A DNA stretch of 64,000 bases, taken from the IMG/VR virus record IMGVR_UViG_3300031992_000028; one strand, 5' to 3'. The notes under the pieces were generated by a model. That model was not told the origin of the DNA and searched no databases. It saw nothing but the letters and a program-made list of their open reading frames with translations. This stretch comes from a virus. Its lineage: Duplodnaviria > Caudoviricetes. The position numbers were made by a program, and so were the translations under genes. The first letter of the stretch is position 1; every line of letters begins with the position of its first letter. Shown here piece after piece: positions 36,604 through 47,305 of this stretch.

Positions 36604-37080
36604 ATGAGTGCAAATATAGGTGATAATGTATACACACCGCCAGCAGTAGCAAAAAGAATAATTGATGAATTTGAGTTGTTTGGAACTGTGCTAGAGCCAT
36701 TCCGTGGTAAGGGTGCATTTTATGATAATTATCCTAATTCTGTTAAAAAGCTTTGGTGTGAAATATCTAACGGAAGAGACTTTTTTGATTTTAATGAAAG
36801 AGTAGATTGGATTGTTTCAAATCCACCATATTCTATATTTAACAAAGTTTTAGCGCATAGCTTTGAATTAAGTGATAACATTGTTTATTTAATTCCAATT
36901 AACAAGTTAACAAGCTCGTTTACAAGAATTAAACAACTTGCAGATTGGGGAGGAATTCCAAAAGTGATTTTAATGTCACCAAAGAAAATTGGATTTCCAT
37001 TTGGATTTGCAGTTGGTGCAGTTTATTTCAAAAAAGGTTACAAAGGCTTAACGGAATTTAAAATTTTAGAGGAGAATTAA
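36604..37080 (+). CDS. DNA amino-methyltransferase
   Basis: VYTPP, VLEPFRGKG, DWIVSNPPYS. Confidence 0.8.
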   Translation: MSANIGDNVYTPPAVAKRIIDEFELFGTVLEPFRGKGAFYDNYPNSVKKLWCEISNGRDFFDFNERVDWIVSNPPYSIFNKVLAHSFELSDNIVYLIPINKLTSSFTRIKQLADWGGIPKVILMSPKKIGFPFGFAVGAVYFKKGYKGLTEFKILEEN

Positions 37081-37082
37081 TT

Positions 37083-37460
37083 ATGAGAGATCCAAAAAGA
37101 ATTGATGTTATTTTGCAAGAAATTAGTAATATTTGGCATAAATATCCAGATATGCGCCTAGGCCAATTAATTGGTAATGTATTAGAAGGAACAGCCTTAT
37201 ACTATGTAGAGGATAACGGTCTTATAGATGCTTTAAAAGATACTTATGATGGTCAAAATATTCCAGTTAATTTTGATCATGATGCTTATATTTTTGATTT
37301 AGTTAAAAGAGACCCTGGTGAGCTTGGTTTTATCACACAATCTAAAAACTATGAAGAATATGTTGCAACCTACCTTGATGCTGGCGGTAAAGCTGAAGAT
37401 GCTACATATAATGAGCATGAATTTAATGCTTTAAAAGATTATTTTGGAGATGAAGAATAG
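37083..37460 (+). CDS. conserved phage hypothetical protein
   Basis: MRDPKRID..WHKYPDMRLGQLI pattern. Confidence 0.65.
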   Translation: MRDPKRIDVILQEISNIWHKYPDMRLGQLIGNVLEGTALYYVEDNGLIDALKDTYDGQNIPVNFDHDAYIFDLVKRDPGELGFITQSKNYEEYVATYLDAGGKAEDATYNEHEFNALKDYFGDEE

Positions 37461-37602
37461 CTTAAAAAATAACTGCTAAATTAAATACAAAACAGGCCGT
37501 TTAGACCAAATCTAGGCGGCTTTATTTTATTTAAAATTGGCTAAATTTAGTACACAAATAAATTGTATATTATTAAGAAGAAAGGATGTTTTTTTATTCA
37601 CT

Positions 37603-39846
37603 ATGATAGTTATTAAGCGTGATGGTAAAAAAGTAGATTTTGATGTCTACAAGATTAAAAAAGCTCTTATCGGAGCAAATAGTCGTTCTCAAGAAATGTC
37701 TGATGACGATATTGAAAGAATTACTGAAATTATCTTAAATAAATGTAATAAAGCAACTGGTGATTTAAAAGTTGAAGATATCCAAGATATTGTTGAAGAC
37801 ACTTTATTAAAAAGTAAGTTTAATAGAACAGCTAAGACATATATTCTTTATAGAGACAAAAGAACAAGAATTAGACAAGGTAAATCTAAACTTTTAAAAG
37901 AAGTTGGTGATAAGCTTATGGGCGTTCATATTGTCAACCAAAATGCTAATGTCGATGAACGTTCATTTGGTGGTCGTAAGGGTGAAGCAGACAGTGTTTT
38001 AACTAAACAATATGCTTTAGATTATTGCATGTCTGAAAAGTCTAGAAATAATCATTTAAATAATGAAATTTATATTCATGATTTAGATTCATATGCTGTT
38101 GGTATGCACAACTGCTTATCAATTCCCTTTGATGATTTATTGGCCAAAGGTTTTAATACAAGACAAACCGATGTTAGGCCAGCTGCTTCAATTAATACTG
38201 CTTTCCAATTAGTTGCTGTTATATTCCAACTTCAAAGCTTACAACAATTTGGTGGTGTTTCAGCAACCCACTTAGACTGGACAATGGTTCCTTATGTTAG
38301 AAAAAGTTTTCTAAAGCATTATATTTTTGAGTATTTAAAAGATACTGAAGAATTCTATACTCTTAATCTTGAATCATTAGCTGATGAGGAAATCGATGAA
38401 TGGGTTAAGGAAAACAAACATAAATATCTAGATATGTGGCAATGTAAAGAAGAAGACTTTTATATTGGTAATGAAGGCTTAGACAAGCATTTTTATCAAA
38501 AAGCATTATTTGAAACACGTAGGGAATTAATGCAAGCAGTTGAAGGCATGTATCATAACTTAAATACACTTCAATCAAGAAGTGGTAATCAACTTCCATT
38601 TACTTCAATTAACTATGGAACATGCACTTTACCTGAAGGTAGAATGGTCATTAGAGCTTTATTAGAAGGAAGTTTGAAAGGTGTTGGAAAACTTCATAGA
38701 ACTCCAATCTTCCCATGTGGTATTTTCCAATATATGAAGGGTGTAAATGATAAGCCAGGAACTCCGAATTATGATTTATATAAATTAGCTTTAAAATCAA
38801 CAGCAAAACGTTTGTATCCAAACTACGCTAATGTAGACTGGAGCAACAATGCTGGCTATGACAGAAACGATCCTAAGACTTATTTCTCAACTATGGGCTG
38901 TAGAACTGCAAATGGTGCTGATATTAATGCAGAACCGGGTGTAAATCCACAAACCAAAGACGGTCGTGGAAATATCTGCCCAGTTACAATTATCATGCCA
39001 ACATTAGCTATGGAAGCGGGCAGAGATGTTGAGAAATTCATGGCTTTACTTAATACAAAAATACATGAAGCCAAAGATATGTTAATTGAAAGATATGAAT
39101 ATATCTGCAGCCAATGTGCAGATTCCGCTAAGTTCATGTATGAGAATGGAACTATGATGGGATATAAACCAGAAGAGGGCGTTAGAAGCGCCATGAAGCA
39201 CGGAACTCTTGTTATTGGACAAATTGCTTTAGCTGAGACTTTAGAGCTTCTAATCGGCAAAAATCAATGCACACCAGAAGGTATGGAATTAGCCAAGAGA
39301 ATTGAGCAATTATTCAAAGATAGATGTGCTGAGTTTAAACAAAGATACCACTTAAACTTCGGTGTTTATTATACTCCAGCTGAAAATTTATGCTATACTG
39401 CAATGAAAAAATTTAAAGAAAAATACGGTATAATAAAGAATGTATCAGACCGTGAATATTTTACAAATAGTATTCATGTTCCAGTTTGGGAAAAAGTATC
39501 AGCTTTTGAAAAAATTGATATTGAATCTCAATTAACAGGATATTCAAATGCTGGTTGCATTACTTATGTCGAATTAAGTTCAGCTGCAACTGGAAACTTA
39601 GACGCATTAGAATCATTGGTTAACTATGCAATGGATCATGACATTCCATATTTCGCAGTCAACATTCCAAACGATACTTGCTTAGAGTGTGGTTATACTG
39701 GTGAATTCAACGATCACTGTCCAGAATGTGGAAGTCACAACATTCAGCAATTACGCCGCGTTACTGGTTATTTGACCGGAAATTATAAAACAGCATTTAA
39801 CTACGGAAAACAAAAAGAAGTAGAAGATAGGGTGAAACATATTTAG
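37603..39846 (+). CDS. nrdD: anaerobic (class III) ribonucleotide reductase
   Basis: ATP cone VIKRDG, HIHDLD-like YIHDLD, TPAENL, CLEC/CPEC, RRVTGYL glycyl-radical motif. Confidence 0.97.
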   Translation: MIVIKRDGKKVDFDVYKIKKALIGANSRSQEMSDDDIERITEIILNKCNKATGDLKVEDIQDIVEDTLLKSKFNRTAKTYILYRDKRTRIRQGKSKLLKEVGDKLMGVHIVNQNANVDERSFGGRKGEADSVLTKQYALDYCMSEKSRNNHLNNEIYIHDLDSYAVGMHNCLSIPFDDLLAKGFNTRQTDVRPAASINTAFQLVAVIFQLQSLQQFGGVSATHLDWTMVPYVRKSFLKHYIFEYLKDTEEFYTLNLESLADEEIDEWVKENKHKYLDMWQCKEEDFYIGNEGLDKHFYQKALFETRRELMQAVEGMYHNLNTLQSRSGNQLPFTSINYGTCTLPEGRMVIRALLEGSLKGVGKLHRTPIFPCGIFQYMKGVNDKPGTPNYDLYKLALKSTAKRLYPNYANVDWSNNAGYDRNDPKTYFSTMGCRTANGADINAEPGVNPQTKDGRGNICPVTIIMPTLAMEAGRDVEKFMALLNTKIHEAKDMLIERYEYICSQCADSAKFMYENGTMMGYKPEEGVRSAMKHGTLVIGQIALAETLELLIGKNQCTPEGMELAKRIEQLFKDRCAEFKQRYHLNFGVYYTPAENLCYTAMKKFKEKYGIIKNVSDREYFTNSIHVPVWEKVSAFEKIDIESQLTGYSNAGCITYVELSSAATGNLDALESLVNYAMDHDIPYFAVNIPNDTCLECGYTGEFNDHCPECGSHNIQQLRRVTGYLTGNYKTAFNYGKQKEVEDRVKHI

Positions 39847-39847
39847 T

Positions 39848-40537
39848 ATGAAATTTAAAAAATTACCTTTTACAGAACATGCACAATTTGTATTTAAATC
39901 TATTCTTGCTGCAGTATTAATTGCTATGGCAGGTGGAATATTTTTACTTTGTACTAATACTGGAACAATTCAAGATCCATTTCTTGCAAAAGTGGTTGGT
40001 TCGTTCTTATTTTCTTTAGGCTTATGTGTAGTCATTGCATTACAAGCAAATTTATATACAGGTAAAATTGGGTATGTTAATAGTAAACATTTAGCCATTA
40101 GAGCTTTTTGGATGCTATTTATTAACTTAGGTATTGCATTTTTAATCGGTTGGCTGTTTAGAGGTGTAAATACCTCTATTCCATCTTTTGGCCAAGGAAG
40201 TCCTTTTGGGCCAGATAGTACTAGATTGAGCAAAGCTTGGTATCAGTTTTTATTTGATGGATTTGGCTGTGGTGTATTAATTTATCTTGCAGTGGAATTA
40301 TATAGAAAAACAAGAAGCTTCCTACCTGTAATTATGTGCGTAATGGCATTTATACTGAGTGGTGCTGAACACTGCATAGCAGATGCATTTTATCTTGGTG
40401 CCAGTCAGTTTAGCTGGGAAGCTCTTGGTGACTTAGGATTAGCTATTATTGGAAACACTTTTGGAAGTATTGCAATACATTGGTTACAAGTAGGAGCAGA
40501 ATACTTAAATGAACTACCTAACAATATACAAAGATAG
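39848..40537 (+). CDS. formate/nitrite transporter (FNT/FocA-like channel)
   Basis: About 6 hydrophobic helices; LYTGK, GCGVLIYLAV, FILSGAEHCIAD, IIGNTFG. Confidence 0.85.
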   Translation: MKFKKLPFTEHAQFVFKSILAAVLIAMAGGIFLLCTNTGTIQDPFLAKVVGSFLFSLGLCVVIALQANLYTGKIGYVNSKHLAIRAFWMLFINLGIAFLIGWLFRGVNTSIPSFGQGSPFGPDSTRLSKAWYQFLFDGFGCGVLIYLAVELYRKTRSFLPVIMCVMAFILSGAEHCIADAFYLGASQFSWEALGDLGLAIIGNTFGSIAIHWLQVGAEYLNELPNNIQR

Positions 40538-41036
40538 CATAAGCGATGGTCCTGGTGTAAGGGTTTCAGTTTATTTTGCCGGATGTTTGCCAAATAAGTG
40601 TGGAAATAAGAATTGTCCTGGTTGTCACAATCCAGAAGCTCAAAAGTTTACAGCAGGTGAAGAATATACTGAAGAAACAAAGAATTATATTCTAGGTCTT
40701 TGTAGAAATCCATATATTGCTGGTTTGACTCTCTGTGGCGGTGAGCCATACGATCAAGATGAAAATCAATTAATTGAGCTTTTGAAGGCTTTTCGTAAGC
40801 AAAACCCAGATAAAAATGTTTGAATTTATACAGGTTATGAATTTGAACAGATTAAAAATAGAGAGCTAACTAAGCAGGCTGATGTTGCAGTTGTTGGGCC
40901 ATTCATCTTAGAACAAAGGGATATTTCTGACGCTAATAGATGGCGTGGAAGCAGAAATCAACGTGTGTTAGACTTGCCAAAATCTTTAGAAAATGGCAAA
41001 ATAATCAAGCTAGAAAATATTCCAAATAATGAATAA
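40509..41036 (+). CDS. nrdG: anaerobic RNR activase (code 4)
   Basis: DGPGVRVSVYFAGC..CPGCHN, GGEP, KNV(TGA)IYTGY, WRGSRNQRV. Confidence 0.93.
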
Positions 41037-41101
41037 CCATATCTATTGATATGGTTTTTATTTTGCTAAATTAAATGCTGTTGACTTGGGAGGTTGACTG
41101 C

Positions 41102-41341
41102 ATGAACTGCTGAAGTAAATATTCATATTATGACTATGAAGAAGCTTATTTTAAATTGCAATACTATAAATGCAAAGAAATAGGCATTTATATTTTATCT
41201 AAACAAAAAGATGAATATTCAAAAAAACTATTAAAAAGGCTTGAAAAGTTTGAATATGACTGGTTGCATCCAGATACTAAAGATGCTAAGCTTCTTTGAG
41301 ATATAAAGGTCTGATTGATGGTAAATTGCAATTATTTTTAA
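41102..41341 (+). CDS. hypothetical protein (code 4, 3 TGA)
   Basis: GGAGG SD; TGCTAAATTA at 41064; open frame to TAA. Confidence 0.65.
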
Positions 41342-41413
41342 ATAATTGTATATTATACTAGGGTTCCCGGACGGTCCATAGCGATCCAGCCCGTTAGAGG
41401 AGAAAGTAAAAAT

Positions 41414-41653
41414 ATGGGAAAAGAACTTAAAAGCATTACAGCTAAAGAAGCTAGAAAAATAGCAGATGAATCTGAATTTACTCTTAAGCACATCTACAAA
41501 ATGATTAGAGACTGCGCAGAAGAAAATAGTACTTCTCTTGAATGGTGTCTATGTGCTATAAGTAAACCAGCATTAGATAGTATTAAAGCGGCTCTAAAAA
41601 AAGATGGTTTCAATATCGAATGCACAGATGATTCATTAACAATTAAGTGGTAA
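41414..41653 (+). CDS. hypothetical protein
   Basis: ORF with SD, followed by a terminator. Confidence 0.7.
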   Translation: MGKELKSITAKEARKIADESEFTLKHIYKMIRDCAEENSTSLEWCLCAISKPALDSIKAALKKDGFNIECTDDSLTIKW

Positions 41654-41730
41654 TTTAAAGCAAAAATTTCAGAGCTGAACATTAGTTTGGCTCTTTTTAT
41701 TTATGTTATAAATACTGTATAATATATAGT

Positions 41731-42777
41731 ATGAGTGATAAAAAAAATTTAGATTTAGCTAAGTTAAAGGCAGATGATGAATTCTATACTTCTTTTGCTG
41801 ATATTGTCACAGAATTATCACATTGAATAAGTAAATTAAAAGATAAAAAAATTATTTGTCCATGTGATTTTATTCCGACTAAGAAAATAAGCTCTATAAC
41901 AATTGATTTTAGCCAGGGTAAATATTTTATTAACTCAGTTAAAAAGAAAGCTTCAGATACGCCGTATTTTAATTTATTTGAGGACTTTACAGTGTCTGAA
42001 CCGGCAACTGAAATTTCTGAAAGTCAATTAAGAGAAATTTTAGCTAATCAAGAAGTAGTAAATTTTGTTAATTATTTATGGGCAGTTGGTAAGGAAGCTA
42101 GGGTCAAATCTATTACAGCATCGGGTTATAATATTAAGTCTGGCCTTGGTATTAGTTTTGATGAAGTAGATTATAGTCAATATGATTTAGTTATTACAAA
42201 TCCACCATTTAGTTTGTATAGTAGCTTTATGGAATGCATTGGTGATATTGATAAAATTATTATCGCACCATTTATGAATAGAGTTGCTCCATGTGTTGCT
42301 ATTCCGCTTATGGAAAGAAAAGCTTATTTAGGTTATGGAAGACATTTAGCAATGAATTTCAACAATCCAACTGGTGGTAAAGGTAAAAAGGTTGCAGTTG
42401 ATTGGATTGTTTCTTGGCCTGATGCACAAGATGAAGTAGATAAATTGTCCTGTAAAACTGGTATTAGATATGACATTTTGTCCTATAAAGACATGCCATA
42501 TATGACAATGAAAGATGGAACAAAGCCAATTAAAATTAATTCAGTTCAACAAATTCCAGATGACTATAATGGCTATATGTTTACATCAGTTGCTGTTTTA
42601 GATAAATTAAGCTATAATGAGTTTGATTGGATTTGCACAGGTTGTAAACGATATTTTAATAAAGAGCATCCAGAATTAAATCCATTTGCACATAAAGTTT
42701 CAAATGAAATGATTGGCTATGGAACAGAAAATTCATGCTTTCATGGAATTCTATTTAAAAGAAAGCGTATAATATAG
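41731..42777 (+). CDS. adenine-specific DNA methyltransferase, EcoRI-methylase-like (code 4)
   Basis: AKLKADDEFYT..ELSH(TGA)..KKIICPCD..VITNPPFSL. Confidence 0.8.
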
Positions 42778-42778
42778 T

Positions 42779-44032
42779 ATGAGTAAGATGATTTATAAAA
42801 AAGATTATACTACTAAAGCCCAAAAAGTAAAGCTTATAGAAAGTTGTTTTTTAGGTAGACAATATGTAGAAGGTCTTATTTATATGGATATTATAGATTG
42901 TGATTTAGGTGATGAATATAATTTACCTGTTAAAGAACTGGATGAAGTTGAAGCATATATTCACAATCATTTTTATAGTATAATAAATAAAAATATAGAC
43001 CAAGTTTGGGAAACAATTTGGGAGGACCTTAGCTATGCATAAAACATGTTTTAATTGTAAATATTTTCATGGTTGCTTAGCTGAAGAAGACCCATCGCAA
43101 TATCATATTCATAATTATTGCGAAATATTTAAAACCATACTTCCATTTGATATGGACAGTGAAGTAAATCATTTTTTAGAAGATCATTGGCATACAATGT
43201 GTAAAGCTTCTGTTGGCTGTGATTATGGCGTAAATGATGATTTAGAAACTGGTGAAGCAAGCTGTTATTTATATAAAGATGCAGACAAAGAATTCTGGTC
43301 AGACGAAAAATTTGAAGCTAATAAAAAGCATAATCTAGAACTTGCAATTAAAACATTAGAATATATGTTTGAAAAAGATGAAGTTTGGGATGAATTTGAT
43401 GATTATACTTGGTATAAATTAGATGATTACTACGAGGAAGATGAAATAGCTTATTATAGAGACCTATTAAAAAGATTGAAGGAGACGGAATAATGGCAAT
43501 TAAAATTATTAAACACGGTGAAACAAAATTTAAAATTACTTGCCCAGTATGTGGATGTGAATTTGAGTATGAATTTGAAGATTTAGTTACTAAGTATGAT
43601 TTTATTAAGCAAGTTAAATGTCCAGATTGTGGTGAATGGCTAACACATAAAGATACTTTTCCAACATATCCAAATTATCCAAATTGGCCAAAGATAGGTG
43701 AGCCAATTCCAACTGGTCCATCTGACCCAATTACTAAACCATATATTACATGGACAACCACTACTCCAAATTCTTGGCCAGATTGTGAAACTTGTCCAAA
43801 TAAGCCAGATCCAACTAAAACTGTAGTTGGGGATACACCTTGTACTTGGTGTCGTAAAAATCAACCATATTGCTTTACTGGTGATAAATTTCCAGAAGGG
43901 TATAAAGGTGGAGTGCATACGGTAAATCCAGAGAGTTATAAAGATACTGTTACTACTTTTAGTAATAACTTGAATACTAATTATTCAGATATAAAAACTG
44001 GCTATACAGCTGAAATTAAAACTGAAAAATAA
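42779..44032 (+). other. three hypothetical genes (42779, 43035, 43493); the last two are Cys-rich/Zn-ribbon
   Basis: CFNC; CPVC..CPDC motifs. Confidence 0.7.
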
Positions 44033-44077
44033 TAGCAAAAAGCTATTATTTTTTTTATTTCTATTGTATAATATAAT

Positions 44078-44230
44078 GTGTGTAGGTAATATTTGACCCA
44101 CATTTAACCCTTGTGAAAGCTAAATAAGAAAGTGGCGGGAAGCTCATATAGCACACATTTGAGTTGAGACGATAGATAGCCGTTAGAAGAGGTTAATGAA
44201 TTTTCCTGGATGAAATAAAAATTCTGACTA
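44078..44230 (+). ncRNA. structured leader or small RNA upstream of a 50-aa ORF (44242-44394)
   Basis: TTGTATAAT promoter; stems TTAACC/GGTTAA, AGCTCA/TGAGTT, GAATTTT/AAAATTC. Confidence 0.45.
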
Positions 44231-44489
44231 AGGAGATTTTTATGGAAAAAATTATTAAAGCACTTAAAGATTATGTTAGAGTTAATGAGTCAAATAACAC
44301 AGTTGAAATTTTTAATGAATATGGTGTTAAAATGAGACTTGAAGTTGATGCAGAAACTTTAGCTGAATTTAAAAAGCACTATCCAAGTTTCTAACTTATA
44401 TAAATAAAAAAATAGCGTAAGTGTTTAAAAATAGATACTTACGCTTTTATTTTTATTTAAAGGTTGTATAATATAATAGAGATTTAATT

Positions 44490-45074
44490 ATGGGAAAGCT
44501 AGCAAAGCATTTAAAAACTATTAGAATTCATAGAAAACAAGTACGAAAAATGTGCTGGAAAATGGGCTTATTTTGGCAAGGCCTAGTCCATGACTTATCA
44601 AAATATTCTTATACTGAGCTAAAAATATGTAAATACTGGACAGGAAAAGGATCACCGCATCAAGCTTGTAGAGAAGCTATTGGTTATAGTCCTAGTTGGA
44701 ATCATCATTATCATAGAAATAAACATCATTTTCAATTTTGGTGGGATGAAGATGAAGTAGGCAACATTATTCCAGTTAAAATGCCTTACAAATATGTTAT
44801 AGAAAGCTTTTGTGATATGGTTGGGGCCAGTAAAGCTTATGGCGGAAAAACTTGGAAAGAAGAAGCAGTATGGAATTACTGGATTGATAAATGCAAAGGC
44901 CAAAGATTGATGAATAAGGAATCTGAATATTTAGTTGAAAAGCTTATTTGGAATTATTATCAACATGGTGAAAAAGAATTTATTAGTTTATATAAAAGAA
45001 TTAAAAAGAATTTAAAAGAAAGTTATGAAAAAGGCACCTTAATTGCCGAGGACAGTTGTTATGCTCAATATTAG
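44490..45074 (+). CDS. HD-like protein (DUF5662-type)
   Basis: H..HDLSKY..HHYHRNKHH..ESFCD. Confidence 0.75.
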   Translation: MGKLAKHLKTIRIHRKQVRKMCWKMGLFWQGLVHDLSKYSYTELKICKYWTGKGSPHQACREAIGYSPSWNHHYHRNKHHFQFWWDEDEVGNIIPVKMPYKYVIESFCDMVGASKAYGGKTWKEEAVWNYWIDKCKGQRLMNKESEYLVEKLIWNYYQHGEKEFISLYKRIKKNLKESYEKGTLIAEDSCYAQY

Positions 45075-45942
45075 AAAAAATGTTTTTGAGACAAATAGTT
45101 CATCTATGCATAGTTTGGTTATTGTTAAAAAGCCAAAACCTTATACTAAGAATGAATTAAATCTTTTTACTTACCATAATAAAAATGAATTTAATTTATT
45201 TGATTGGTCTGAAGACGGTAATTATGAAAGAGCGCCTTATAGAGTCTTAAGAACACCACTTGATAAACTTAGATACTACAGTGCTTATATTTTAGGTACC
45301 TGTGGAGAGCTTGATAAAATCAATGATATTAAAAATTTTATTAATCAACAAACAGGTATTAATCAAGAAAATATTAATCTTGAACATATTGAAACTCATT
45401 ATATTAAAAGAGACAAAGAAGTTGAAACTAGAGATTATGGGTATGTTAGTCAAAATGATTCTGGCGAAGATGTTTTTGAGTTTGTAAAAAGAAAGAATAT
45501 TGATTGGAAAGATCTTATTTTAAATCCAAAATATGTTATTATTGTTGATGGCGATGAATATCAGCTATTTAAAGCATTATTTGATAGTAATATTTTAGAT
45601 GCAAATAATTTTGAAGATATTTCTTCTGGTCCAGACTTTTGGAATGATTCAGAAAAGTGTATTTATTTAAGCTGGTTTGAATCTGCTACTTTAACTGAAC
45701 AGACTGCAGACCATTATGCAGATGATATTTCTGAATTTATTAATACCTTAAAGTTTGTAATTTCAGTTGATACTTATAAATTATATAATAAACATATGCA
45801 ATTAATTAAAGATATCTGTGCACTTGCAAGAAGTAAAAATCCAAATATTAAAATTATTTTAGAAAATGATTATTATGAACGTGAAAAAGTAAAAAGTGTT
45901 TCAGCACTAGATACTTCTATGTTTGATGAGGTTAGAATTTAA
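45061..45942 (+). CDS. ETNSSS-motif protein, type A
   Basis: MLNIRKNVFETNSSSMHSLV. Confidence 0.85.
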   Translation: MLNIRKNVFETNSSSMHSLVIVKKPKPYTKNELNLFTYHNKNEFNLFDWSEDGNYERAPYRVLRTPLDKLRYYSAYILGTCGELDKINDIKNFINQQTGINQENINLEHIETHYIKRDKEVETRDYGYVSQNDSGEDVFEFVKRKNIDWKDLILNPKYVIIVDGDEYQLFKALFDSNILDANNFEDISSGPDFWNDSEKCIYLSWFESATLTEQTADHYADDISEFINTLKFVISVDTYKLYNKHMQLIKDICALARSKNPNIKIILENDYYEREKVKSVSALDTSMFDEVRI

Positions 45943-46376
45943 TGATACAAATTAGAAATGGCACATTTGAAACTAATAGTAGCTCAACTCATTCTTTAGT
46001 TATATTAAATAAAGAGGATTGGGAAGAGGTTAAAAATGGTAATTTATTTATTGATATTTTAGATGCAGAAAGATATTCTAAGTTTCCTAGATTAGTTACA
46101 GAGAATTTTATTTTCGCAGAAGCCAGAGAAGATTATTTAGAAGAAGAAAGGTCTCGTGGCAAAGATTGTCATAATTCTTTCAGAGATGGACATTATATTT
46201 CTTGGGAAGAAATTTTAGCAAACTGCAAAGGTGATTATCGCGGATATGATTGTAATATTTTTGGTATGGCAGGCGAAAAATATATCAATCCAAAAAGCTG
46301 CGTTTGGCACAGTTGTACAGAAGAAGATTTAGGCAATGGAACAGTTAAAGTTGAAATAGACCATTTCTTTGGTTAG
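45942..46376 (+). CDS. ETNSSS-motif protein, type B
   Basis: MIQIRNGTFETNSSSTHSLV. Confidence 0.85.
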   Translation: MIQIRNGTFETNSSSTHSLVILNKEDWEEVKNGNLFIDILDAERYSKFPRLVTENFIFAEAREDYLEEERSRGKDCHNSFRDGHYISWEEILANCKGDYRGYDCNIFGMAGEKYINPKSCVWHSCTEEDLGNGTVKVEIDHFFG

Positions 46377-46385
46377 GAGAATAAT

Positions 46386-46922
46386 ATGATTAAAATTAGA
46401 AATTCAGTTTTTGAAACAAACAGCAGCTCATCACACAGTTTAGTTTTTTCTAAGGTTGATAGAGGACATAATTATGATTTACCAGTTGATGAAGATGGTA
46501 TTTTAACTATTCCATTCGGTGAATTTGGCTGGGGTCCTGAAGTTCTTAGAACACCTTTAGAAAAGTTGTCTTATACTGTTACTGATAGAGGTGGTTGGTC
46601 TTATGATGACGATAGTAAATCTTGGGATGAAATTTTAGAAGAATTAAAAGAAGATGATGAAATTCAACAAATTATTGAAATAGTCAAAAGAAATGTTCCA
46701 GCGGTAAGAGAAGTTACTTTTGAGCCAGCCAGTGATTGTTATCCTCGTGGATATGTAGATCATCAAAGCCAGGGAACTTCAAGAAATGCTGATACTGAAG
46801 ATATAATTTTTAATAATAGTATTATTATTTTAATCGATAATGATAATAGTTGTCATTTTGAGGATTATATTAAAATCTGGAGTGATAGTCCAGCTTCTAA
46901 GGATATAGAAGATTTATTTTAA
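46386..46922 (+). CDS. ETNSSS-motif protein, type A
   Basis: MIKIRNSVFETNSSSSHSLV. Confidence 0.85.
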   Translation: MIKIRNSVFETNSSSSHSLVFSKVDRGHNYDLPVDEDGILTIPFGEFGWGPEVLRTPLEKLSYTVTDRGGWSYDDDSKSWDEILEELKEDDEIQQIIEIVKRNVPAVREVTFEPASDCYPRGYVDHQSQGTSRNADTEDIIFNNSIIILIDNDNSCHFEDYIKIWSDSPASKDIEDLF

Positions 46923-46933
46923 AGGAGATAAGT

Positions 46934-47305
46934 ATGGTTCAAGTAAGAAAAGGTGTTTTTGAAACAAATAGTTCTAGCACCCACAGCCTAGTTATGGCTG
47001 TTCAATCAGAGTTTGACAAATGGGAAAATGGAGAACTTTATTACTGTGAATGGTTTGGTAGTAAATTAAAAGAAGCTGGTTTTGAGGAAAAAGATTTTTA
47101 TACTAAAGAAGAAGTTAAAAAAGCTTGCGAAATTTTAGGCATTGAATTTGATTCAGATGAAGATGGCTGGAGCGAGCGCAGAGAACATTTCGTTACATAT
47201 GATGAATTCTGTGATACAGATTATCTTGAAACTAATGAATATTCTTATACTACGCCTTCAGGTGAAGTTGTTAAAGCTATTGCAAAATATGGCTATGATG
47301 GCTAA
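46934..47305 (+). CDS. ETNSSS-motif protein, type B
   Basis: MVQVRKGVFETNSSSTHSLV. Confidence 0.85.
   Translation: MVQVRKGVFETNSSSTHSLVMAVQSEFDKWENGELYYCEWFGSKLKEAGFEEKDFYTKEEVKKACEILGIEFDSDEDGWSERREHFVTYDEFCDTDYLETNEYSYTTPSGEVVKAIAKYGYDG

Noticed and set aside
37603-39846. Intron or intein in nrdD
   Set aside because: Continuous ORF of ordinary length with no splicing motifs seen.
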